NCBI RefSeq assembly: GCF_004010195.1
Contig: NC_057719.1
Span: forward strand, 66,738,421-66,802,420
Direction of reading: 5' to 3'
Length of the DNA: 64,000 bases
DNA from: Chiloscyllium plagiosum
Taxonomy: Eukaryota
Part shown: in pieces, positions 1-10,900 of the stretch
How positions within the stretch are numbered: the stretch's first letter is position 1
Layout of the letters: each line of letters starts with the position of its first letter
Notes under the pieces: generated by a model
Database searches by the model: none
Told to the model about the DNA's origin: nothing
What the model saw: the letters and a program-made list of their open reading frames with translations, nothing else
Translations under genes and position numbers: made by a program

Positions 1-1328
1 TCCTGTTAAACCACCATCAGTTATCTCTCTGATGAGAGACAGCCATCTGATCCCCTGGGATTATGGTGGCTTCACTGACCAATGTGCTGTATGTTCATCC
101 CCGAAGTGTAATATATAAAAGAAGCAAAATGAAAAATGGTAAATTCTTTACAGTGAAAAGCTGCAAGTCCACTATACACACTACTAACGATACTAAATAA
201 GGAGACAAAATACCGTCGCTTTTTATAATTGTGGTAGTAGTTACACTTATTGGTCTTTATTTGTTCTGCTTGAGGGCACATTTCAAGTATCACAAAAAAA
301 AGTCAAATTAACACACACCCAAAGGGAGACTATAAACATTGAGGAAAAACAATATTGTATGAAGCATTGGATCTGATTTCTGGCCTCACTACCTGTGTAG
401 TAATAGATGGCAAGAGTGGATTGTATACCATCTATAGAACCTGCCTGATATCCACTGCATTAATTAAAATGGTGAAAATTGGTCAGGTCGAATAAAGCTA
501 TGACTAGCTACACCATACATTATCACACAGGCCATGAAGCTGAAATTCTATCCCATAGTGCTGCTGTTCAGAGTTACATACATAAGACCTTTTGCAATCT
601 GCATGTTAAAGCTGCCTGTTGATTAGTAATATGTTTTAATAACAGATCATGTTGAATATTTAATAGTACTGAGTGGTTTGACAAAAACACTTTTGTTTCT
701 CTGAGTCTGAAAGTCCTATACACATTCAGTGGTCGGTTATAGATCTAGGATACTTACAATGCAACTAATCTTCTGCTAGTCAAAACAGTGAGTGTAAATT
801 GTGTGTGAGAAGGTGGATGTTGCCTGGGCTTGTTGGATTTCCCACCTCTTTTTACTCCTACATATATGTCAATGAAAGTATACATGATGTGCTGCAAATT
901 TCAAAGCTAAACTATTGGATGTTTCATCAGTTCACATGGATTTTAACTTCAAGCTGCTAGAGATAGCTTGGAATTATTTTAATTAATCTACAACAAACAA
1001 TGCCAAAATTACCTCCCTTTTGGTCAACCATGTAATATTATGGGCTGAATAAAATCTCGCAATGAAACAAATTAATTATTAAATACCCATAACTTTCAGA
1101 ACAAAAGCCTTGAAATAATTATTTAAATATTCATATCCTTCTTATTGACTATTCACATTCCACACAGTGGAAATTATCAACTTGGGGGTTTGGATTTCAA
1201 TCCAGTTCCTTGAACAAAATAAAGATAGGAGGATACAAACATGTATAAATGTGTATGTCCCAGTATTTTTGCCTATGAAATATAATGTGATAAATTGCTG
1301 AATGATGTTAGTAGTAATAACTGTTGCT

Positions 1329-1844
1329 TTAGTTGAGGTCTATGGAAATGCAACGACACTGTTTAACTCTCTGGATTCTTTTCTTCTTAATTGATGGCTG
1401 CAGGTCAGGACAGTTAAGGGTAACTGTCATGGTGGTGAATCTCTTAGGCTTGCAGAAAGAGCAGGACTGAAAGGAGCCCTCCTCCTTGCGGACATGCCTT
1501 GGTATGTAAAAGGAATTGCACTGGCCGTAGCAGAACCTATTGATGATGGTGCGGCTGTTGCAACCCTCTTCGTGGATTGTTTGCTTGAGGGGCTGTGTTT
1601 TGCACCAGTCCCGTTTCAGGTACTTCCTCTCGGTGACATGCAGCGCCTCATGACTCGACTCCAAGACCTCATCCACGTTACTCCGGTTCCCAGCCTGCTC
1701 GGAATTGTTTGGCTGCCCTTTGTCTGGGGATGGGATTACCCCTTGGGAGCTACGATTCCTCTTCTTCCCAGCTCCCTCGGTGGTACCCAACAGAAAACCC
1801 CATAGGAACAGAAAAATACACAGTGCGCACAGAGTTCGGGTCAT
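1329..1844 (-). CDS. GREM1: Gremlin-1, DAN-family cystine-knot BMP antagonist (171 aa, single coding exon)
   Basis: Translation MTRTLCALCIFLFLWGFLLGTTEG (signal peptide)...EVLESSHEALHVTERKYLKRDWCKTQPLKQTIHEEGCNSRTIINRFCYGQCNSFYIPRH...CRCISIDLN matches GREM1 rather than GREM2. The true ATG (1844-1842) follows the acceptor ctctttccccag|A at 1846/1845. The track's 1862 start is intronic. Confidence 0.97.
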   Translation of the reverse strand: MTRTLCALCIFLFLWGFLLGTTEGAGKKRNRSSQGVIPSPDKGQPNNSEQAGNRSNVDEVLESSHEALHVTERKYLKRDWCKTQPLKQTIHEEGCNSRTIINRFCYGQCNSFYIPRHVRKEEGSFQSCSFCKPKRFTTMTVTLNCPDLQPSIKKKRIQRVKQCRCISIDLN

Positions 1845-2323
1845 TCTGGGGAAAGAGCACAAAATGTATTTAATGATATGCCCATTTGTAATTGCTTGTC
1901 AATTTTGTTTTACTGCATACAATGACTTCATGCTTGATTACACATTGTTCTTGAAGGAATTATTTAATCCTAAATCAATCCCCTTCTTCATAGCATAATC
2001 AAAGTATATAAATATTGACAATATGAATCTATTTCTCCACAATTTGCCCTCTAATAATGTTTAAACATACCACAAATAGTGAACAAGGTAATGTTGCAAT
2101 AAATCACGACTGTAAAACCTATTATTATAATACTCTCGCACAGTTTTGCTGTGCTGCTTGTACTTTTGAAATATTACTAATTTGGGATGCATTTGAATAC
2201 AGATTAGCCATTTATCTAAACAAGATTTCTCATAAATAATGCATGACCACTTTTTGAAATAGTGAAAATAGAATTTAACAATATCAAGTTAAAATATAGA
2301 ACATTTAATGATTATTTTTATAA

Positions 2324-2822
2324 AACACACAGTTTTGTTTCATAATAAAATGATCTATCACCACATTTGATGCCACATGGAATATAATTTGGTGACAGTG
2401 ACAAACCAAAATACTGAGTATCTTCTGTTCAGATATAAAGGTGGTGATTCATTGTTTTGTGCTTTCTAAATGGGCGGCACGGTGGCACAGTGGTTAGCAC
2501 TGCTGAACACACAGTTTTGTTTCATAATAAAATGATCTATCACCACATTTGATGCCACATGGAATATAATTTGGTGACAGTGACAAACCAAAATGCTGAG
2601 TATCTTCTGTTCAGATATAAAGGTGGTGATTCATTGTTTTGTGCTTTCTAAATGCTTACTTATTATTTTTAAACTTTTGAGGAAAGAACTACATTAAATC
2701 TTGGGTGTGGACTTGTTGGGCCGAAGGGCCTGTTTCCACACTGTAAGTAATCTAATCTAATCTAATCTAAATGCTTACTTATTATTTTTAAACTTTTGAG
2801 GAAAGAACTACATTAAATCTTG
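2324..2822 (+). repeat. HE1-type SINE head (2473-2505) and tail (2704-2765) separated by a second copy of the flanking sequence
   Basis: 2324-2472 equals 2506-2654 with 1 mismatch, and 2655-2703 equals 2774-2822. tRNA-like head GGCGGCACGGTGGCACAGTGGTTAGCACTGCTG and tail ...GGGCCGAAGGGCCTGTTTCCACACTG(TAATC)n. TCTAAATG occurs at each junction. Confidence 0.85.
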
Positions 2823-3618
2823 TATTTAACCATGGTCACAACTTTGATCTGAGCAAAATTGTTACATTTGCAGTCAGGCAAGCTGATCCTGTCAATCTAA
2901 TACATCCCTGTATGTCTGGATCCAGTACTCTAAGTAGCAGTCACAGTAAATTGAACTGTAAATAATTGGAAGGGAACTGTTGTATTCAGCAGGGGATTTT
3001 TAATATAAATGCCCTGAGCCTTCCAAGTTAAAGTCCCCTCCAATTAAACTGAAAAATATTTTGGGAATGATTTTCTCACTTATTGTATGTAGCACAATTG
3101 AAAATAAACCTTCTACAGCATGTTTACAATATTGCCTAACATGGGAACATCCTAATATCTTGCATAGGTCTTAAATACGCAGTGCATTTGTTCATAGTTA
3201 AATTGTATTTGGAAATCAAGCTTGATTGAAGTAATATCTGATCTATCTCCTAATTTTCTTCAAGAGCTGAGAAGAAATTTCCTTTATCATCTATATATGT
3301 GATTGATTGCCTGTGTTCTGACATTGAATGTGCTATGTAGAGTCCTTTGTGAGGCAGACTTCATGGGTTTTGTCCAATGAATGTGTTTGGCAGACTTGAA
3401 TCTTTGTTTACAAGCAATGTTTAGTCATTACTATCGCCACAGCATATCCACTTAACCTGCAAACGAAGCCTATTATTGGTTAGAATAATTGCAAGCTAAA
3501 TATCAGAAGTGAAAATCTTATCAAATTTACAGTACATTGTTTTACTAGCAAATGTTCATTGGAGCTAAATTTATTTGAGTTTACATTTCCTTGCCTTTAT
3601 TTATTTAAGGTTTATTAT

Positions 3619-3819
3619 TTTTGTAAGGTTTGTGAAGGTTTGTAGCTCAGGTTGAGGTTTACTCGCTGAGCTGTAGGTTTGATATCCAGACGTTTCATTA
3701 CCTGGCTAGGTAACATCATCAGTGGCGACCTCCAAGTGAAGCACTGATGATGTTACCTAGCCAGGTAATGAAACGTCTGGATATCAAACCTATAGCTCAG
3801 CGAGCAAACCTACACCCTA
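3619..3819. mobile_element. Fold-back mini-element with two inverted hammerhead-ribozyme-like cores (probably Penelope pLTR-derived)
   Basis: 70-bp inverted arms 3655-3724 and 3742-3811 (2 mismatches). TSD AAGGTTTATTAT at 3607-3618 and 3820-3831. CTGATGA...GAAACGTC on both strands. Confidence 0.8.
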
Positions 3820-4541
3820 AAGGTTTATTATATCTACCATTTCCCAAAGCAGACTGATTTAATACTGACAGTTAGAATTTGTGTTCCTGCCTGTATCATG
3901 TGAAGAGATGAAGAAGCAGACCAAGATCTATTTCAAACAATCCAATCGTTGGGCAAGTAATGTCTGACCTGTCAGAAGTTCCTCTTTTCATTGAATAATA
4001 TATTATATCGACAGCACTTTTGATAATAAGCAGTTTGATAATTATGAAATTATTAAAAACAATGACAACATAGATGTCTATGTAGCCTGAAGGAATTGAG
4101 AAAAGATTGCCATGTAATACAGTATGGTACTGAAGATTAAGCCCTAACTGGCATTTTTGAGAGACTGGAGGGTAGCCCAGCCAGCTAGGTAGCTAGAAAG
4201 ATAGAATGATTGAACATCCTCATAATGTCAGTAAAACTGGGCCATTGTCCATGTTAAAGGAAGGTTCATTTATTAAATCAAAAGCATCATTTAGTAGTCT
4301 TCCCCTCCAGCTGAGTGTAAAGTTTTCTTCCTAAAATAATCTCAGAAAACCATTATCAAATTATGAAAACCACAATATCTAAAAACATGGAATGGTAGAA
4401 ATTTGAAATGGTAACTTTTACTATGAAATTGATACCTTTTTAAATTTGCTTGAAGTTTTACAATGTGACTTGGATAATGTTTTTGAATTTCAAAGTAACC
4501 TGGTGTCTTTACTTGGCAAAGAGACACCTCTATACAATTGG

Positions 4542-4869
4542 GAGAAAGTGAGGACTGCAGATGCTGGGAATCAGAGCTTAAAAATGTGTTGCTAGAAAAG
4601 TGCAGCAGGTCAGGCAGCATCAAAGGAGAAGGAGAATCGACGTTTCAGGCATAAGCCCTTCTTCAGGAATGAGGAGGGTGTGCCAAGCAGGCTAAGATAA
4701 AGGTAGGAAGGGAGGGACTTGGGGGAGGGGCATTGGCAAAACCTCCTTCCACCTATCGCATTCCGAACGCCCCCTCCCCCAAGTCCCTCCTCCCTACCTT
4801 TTATCTTAGCCTGCTTGGCACACCCTCCTCATTCCTGAAGAAGGGCTTATGCCCGAAACGTCGATTCTC
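4542..4869. mobile_element. Penelope 3'-end-derived fold-back element with two inverted hammerhead-like cores
   Basis: ~100-bp inverted arms 4631-4731 and 4769-4870. TSD CCTCTATACAATTGG at 4527-4541 and 4870-4884. CTGAAGA-A-GGGC-TTAT-GCCC-GAAACGTC at 4835-4862, with a reverse copy at 4639-4666. Homologous to 48585-48713. Confidence 0.85.
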
Positions 4870-7489
4870 CCTCTATACAATTGGTCTAGTTCTGTAGTTT
4901 TGCTAGATTAAACTCTGGAGTACAATTACTATCATTTTCTTTATTTTTAAGTTATAAGTATACTTTCTGAACCAAAAGAAAGCTTACAGTCCAATATTCT
5001 ACTGAGGACAAATAAAAACTTGAATGAGCTCATAATTGTTCTTTGACAAGTTACCATAGTCCCTGGCAATTACTTAAAATGGGCATCAGCTATGTTACTG
5101 CTGATGAATATTAGAAAGACCAGGATAAGAGTAGAAAATATTTACATATCTGGCAAAACGTTTGACACAATCACAATATTTGAGGTCCATTACTCTTTAA
5201 GAGCTATCCATTCTTTAACCAATCAAAACTGTCAACCGCAGCCTCAAAACAAACACTCCTATACATGCATGGACTGAACAAACACTAAACAAAATAGAAA
5301 CTAACATCAAGCTAAATATGGATTATACAGGCTGTTTGGAAAATCAAAATAATCTTTCCATTAAAATCTATGATTTCCCCTTTCAAGTTTCTAATTGCAC
5401 CTTGAACAGTGATCTTTTGCTTCCATTTCCCTAAATGGATAGCCATTTCATATATTAATAATTTTAAAATTTCTTTAAGTACTTCCTGGTACCAGTCTTC
5501 CTGGTTCCGTCAGATCCAAACATCACGTGAGGCAGATATTACTTGTTTCAAAAGGTCCTAAGAATCAGTTCATTAAAACTTCCTACAGTATTCACAAATT
5601 AAATATTATGCTTCTTTAAGAACTAAAAATATATTTCAATAACTTCACTCCACCATTATGGTGAACATTCATGTATTTATGCCAGTTGAAATTGTGGTTT
5701 TAATTTACATTTGTTGTTTTTCTTGGTTGACTTTGCTGGTTCATTCTTGAGAAAGAAAGAAGATTAGCTAAAATTCAATATTTTCTTTCGGATTGTCTCC
5801 CCATGAAGATTTCCACTCGTGAAAAGATCTTATCTTCCCTGGCCAGTGATTCAAAGGCATGAACTTTAGTTGGTATAAGAAGAAAACAAGAGTAGAGATA
5901 TTTTGAATTATTTCATTTTATTTTCAGCAATTTCTTAATTTTCTAAAAGGTAAAAATGGATTAAAAGTTTAAGAAAATGTTTATATTATCTCCTTCATAA
6001 TGAATGGTATTTATTTCAAACAAGCTGTTAGTTCACAATTGTATGCTTTATCAAGATATAGGGTTTGAAATCATTTAATCATTTTATTCAGAAATTATAA
6101 AAATTAGTGAAGGGAATTTGATAAAATAAAAAGGGTATGTTGAACTCAACTGGGAAGACCTACTCGTGCAAAACATGTACTGCCCAGGGCAGTGCATGTA
6201 TTTATTGCCCCCTTGTGCACTGATTGATTTCAGTACAAGACACATTCCAGATGTGCTAGAAAGAAATTTATTACCCTCTTAAACTACTTATTGTTTTCAA
6301 TTACATATTATTTCAACCGGGCCTATGCAGTGACTCTGAATGGAGTGTATTACAAGTCAACATAACACCTTCCTATGCAAGCAACTACAAGATAATTTAT
6401 TGAAATATATTTTCTGAGATGTCATACAGTATTTCAGTTTGTTAAAGGTTGGAAATCCTTAACGTATTTAAAACTCTTTTTGATTCTTGGCTCTTCATTC
6501 AGTGCTTAAAGATTGGAAGTGGCATTGCACTTGAAAAGGTCATGAGACTAATAGGGTTAAGTATTAATGTTAGTGCAAAATCATATCAGCAGTTTGTATA
6601 CCATCCTAGATTACATATTATTTTGTTTTGAACCAGTTACTTAAACTAGCTGACCTTTTCATCTATTATACTTGTCATCATCATGAATAGCTCTTAATGG
6701 ATCCAAATACTTATGTGAGTTCCTACCCTTTTTTAAATTACAGTTTTATGACACACTCATTAAAATGAAATTTCAGTGTTAAGGAGTGAAACTTTTTTTG
6801 GTTTTCCAATGTTATCATTAAGAGACCACACTTTCATGAGAAATGACATAATCAAAAATAGAGCAAAACCTTTTTTAAACTGTCTCAACTTAGAGAAGTA
6901 TCTAAAATATCCTTGTGCATACATTCACCTCACACACCAATCATTCCCATGTCATATCTTGATTAGATTGTCAGCAAGTGCTGAATTGAAAATCACTAGA
7001 ATGATACTAGGGCTAAAAGGGTTAAATTATGAATGCAGATTACCTAGAATTCTCATCTACTAAAATGAGTGGAATGAAGTGTGATCTATTTGAAGCACTT
7101 TAGCTAATTAAAAAGTTAATAGTTCCTCTCAATCTGTCCTGTTGCCTTTCAGGGACAGTTCCGAATGAATAAACACAAGTTTGAAGTGGTGGAAATCTGG
7201 AAAAGCTCCTACCAAAAGCTGTTCAGGATGAGGGTGTGTCATTTGAAAATTTATAAACTATAATTGATAGATTTTTATGAGGCCAGGGCTTTAAAGGAGG
7301 AAGGTGGATGGGATTAAGATGCATATCAGGCATGTTCTAATTTAATGTCAACAAAGACTTACAGCACTGAATGGAATGTTTCTACTCTGTATACTCTTAT
7401 GTTTAAACTTGTCAAATGAATTTTATTTAAAAAATTTTTTCGGGCATCAGAAGGGGCATATCCCCAGTTTTAGCTATCTATTTCAAAGT

Positions 7490-7905
7490 AAAAGAAGAAA
7501 CTTGTATTTCTATAGCACCTTTCCAGACCTGAAAGCATCCCAAATTGTAATAAAGTGAATGAAATACTTTGGAAGGGTAGTCACTATTGATACTTAAGAG
7601 TTTTAATACAGGTCACACAAACAAGAATTACATAAGTGAAAAGATCATCTATTTTAAATGATAGTTGTGGGTTGCATATTTACCAAGACAGTAAAGAAAT
7701 CTCCCTGTTTTTCTTTGGCAACATCCACTTGAAATGGCAAATAAGGCTTCAATTCAAAGACACACTCGAAGGTTGGCACCTCCCAACAATTAAGCATTCC
7801 CCCAGTACTTCACTGACCTCAGTACTTTCCAGCTCCAAGTTTTGGAGGAGGACTCAACCTCTGACACGAGGCAAGACTGCTACTTGCTGAAGCAAGGTTG
7901 ACACC
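7490..7905 (-). mobile_element. Old SacSINE1/DeuSINE-like SINE remnant
   Basis: The reverse complement resembles the recalled SacSINE head (...CTTGCCTCGTGTCAGAGGTTGAGT...AGTACTGGGGGAATGCT...GGAGGTGCC) and is related to 39690-40075. Confidence 0.5.
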
Positions 7906-10900
7906 TACCACTTTTTCAATTATTAAATGATGTATAGTTTGCTAATAAAAATAGAAGAGCCCTTCAAGGAATTGAGTAATACAGTCGATTAACGCTGAAC
8001 TTTCAGCTTTTGAATCTGAGTTCAAATTTAACCTAAGTTATTGTGGTGGATGGAAGTTTTCTCTTAACTATGGCTGTAGGATAAGTTCAGGCATGGAGCC
8101 AAAACACAAAAACATTCATATTTAGCACTAATTTGATTCCGAGAACACCCAGATGGCTGGCATAGAAAACACAATAATAATATAGGAGGATGTTTCAAGT
8201 TACAAGTATGTGGGTGAAGCAAAATAGAAAAATCTCTCCCCTGCCATCTAGATATTTCTGACCTGAGAGCAATGGATATTAACAGGAGGTTGTTGAACTG
8301 ACATCTGACCAAGTATTTTTCAATTACTCCTCCGAAGTTGCACTCATCCCTCGATTAATTTTCTTTGCGTTCTTGTTAAACATTAAAAAACATGCGCATT
8401 AATTGTTCTGTATTTTCAGAATTAAGTAATCCAGAGTAAAAGAATAGACATGAAATATTCTGTTCCCTTTCGCTGCAATTAGTGGTGGTGGTGGGATCCA
8501 ACTTCGTGGTGCCACCTTTTGATGCTTTATTATGCTGTAGGAGAAAATTTACTACTACCTACTGCTATTTACCGCTCAACAAAGCATCCCTACAGATTAC
8601 TATAATTTCAAAATATGCGCAATGTCAATACAAATACCAATACAATAAAAAAAGGAAATGAAAATGTTTACTCAAGTGCTAGGCACACAAAGAAATGTAC
8701 TACATAATAGAAGTATAATATACAGTATAGATAATTTGTTTTTGTGGCATTGTCTTTCACTTATTTTATATTTGCTTTTATTTATTTATATTTCCCCATT
8801 TACTGCCCTTTTCCTTATCTTTTTTGTATTTCCATTTCTGCACATAACGTGAATAATAATTAGAGATGCCCATGTTCGTTGGGAATCTCAAGGGACATTT
8901 AAAAACTGCGCAATAGAAGAATCTTTGTGTATTAATATAGATTTTACTGTTTTCATGTCCACGTAAACATGAGAATCTGTACAAACATGGATTCACATTT
9001 CATTCCAATCTGACAATCTGGTTTCATGCTATTACATGCGTTATGAGGTCGAGTGGTATGATTGCTTACATTGAGAACAGAAAACATTAAGTCAAAGCCC
9101 CCAGAACTACTCATCTACACCTCCTTGTGGAAAGCTTCTGAACTGCAATTGTAGAGATATTGGAGCAGTTCGTCAGAGAATCGGGGATCTCAAAAAGAAA
9201 AACATCTACAAGTTGTGGAGAAACTATGTTGTTTCTTGAAAGGAAATAAGATTTTCCATTATTGCTTTTTGAAGTGATTTAAAGCTAGCTCACCAGCAGT
9301 TAACAACAGCTATCCTCATTTATTATTACAAATGAATAATAAGTATGACTTTATGAAGAAGGACCCAGGCGATTTTATTTTCTTTTGTAATTTGCATTAT
9401 TGCATACTATGTTCCCTATTTTTTAAAATGTGTGGTCTAGAAAATAGTTGTTTTTTTAATTGCACTTGTTTTTTTCTTTCCTGTATGATATCGATATAAC
9501 ATAGCCACTTTAACAGGCGAGTACCCTGCACCTGATCTGCCTGGCGCAATCACCAAAGCGAAATTCTGAGAATCCATTTTTGGAAGACGATTTAAAAGAG
9601 GCACCATGCTCCTTGCATTAGTAAATAAGTGATTTAACATCTGGGAATAATATCTTGCTGAACTTACTTTAAAAAAACATTAATAAGCAGCCCAGCTATA
9701 AATAAGTCTCTAGAACCCTATTATTTCAATTGTGTTAACACCTTATTCCATTGATATATTCCACTATATTATAATTTTTGGACTATCTCACAAATATATT
9801 TTCCTATATAATCAGTTACTGCATTCCAGAAGTATTCCATTGTAAAGATTTTTGAGAAATTTTGCTAAATTTCTAGGTAAATAATTATTGTCTTTTTGTC
9901 TGCTAATATCTTTAGGTTTAAATGTTTTAGGTTATTCTTTAGCTTCTGTAGTAAATTAGTGACGACGTAGAATTTTAATTTCATAGCAAAGAGAATAAAA
10001 TGATAAACCTGAAGAACAATGGCTGAGTGATCAATTAATGTAACAGAAAGTGTGTATCTATGTACAAAACTTGTACAAATCACATTGTACCCAACCTAGA
10101 AACAACCCTAAAGTTCAAAAAGGCTTTTAGACCACCCTTTACATATTTCCATAAAAATGAAAGCTGGGAAATTTTCTTAAAGAATTGGCAGTTCTATGTA
10201 CAGACAAAAGTTTAAAAACTACATCACTATTTCTTTAAGCCAAATTGTCTGAATAAACTCTGCACAAAAACGGTTTCCCCATTCGCTGCTAAGACACAAT
10301 GAACATTGCTATAACGACAGAACTGAGAGCTGTTTCTTGGCAGATGCTAGTGAAAACATTAACTTTACTGTCCTAGTCTTCGGAAAAGTAAAGTAGCAAA
10401 TGTAAACATAGCCATGCACTTTAAAGTTTGGCATCTCAGTGGTCAGAGCTAAAGGTTTCTCTTAAAAGATTGCTTTTCAAATCTAGACACCATGACTTGG
10501 ATTATAAAATTGACATATGAAGTGCAACAAAGCTCATCTGTTTATATATGTAAAGTAATGAATGCATAGAATTTAATTTCACAGCAAGAGGAGAATATGA
10601 TAAAACGTGTGAATAATAGTTCACCGATCAATTAATGTCAACACAACCAGAAGACTGTCAAATTCCTGTGCATCATTTTACTTTCTTTAAAAAATAACTG
10701 CAAGGTGAAATCCATTTACACAAGTTGACAACTTTTGGCAGTGTATGCTCATAGAGGTTAGTGTGTGTAAGTTATGAAGGAGGATGGAAAAGTGTTATTT
10801 TGAAAGGATGGTTCACTTATTACATATAAAATTATAACTTATTCTAATTCAATTATACACTCAGGTTTAGACTGCAATATACAATTCCTGTCTGCAGTAG

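Noticed and set aside
1..75. CTGATGAGAG near the window start
   Set aside because: No GAAA or stems follow. It resembles the 3' part of a short repeat also seen at ~25210-25380.
1845..1862. N-terminal MCSFPR extension of the GREM1 ORF in the track
   Set aside because: It lies in the polypyrimidine tract/acceptor; the real ATG is at 1844.
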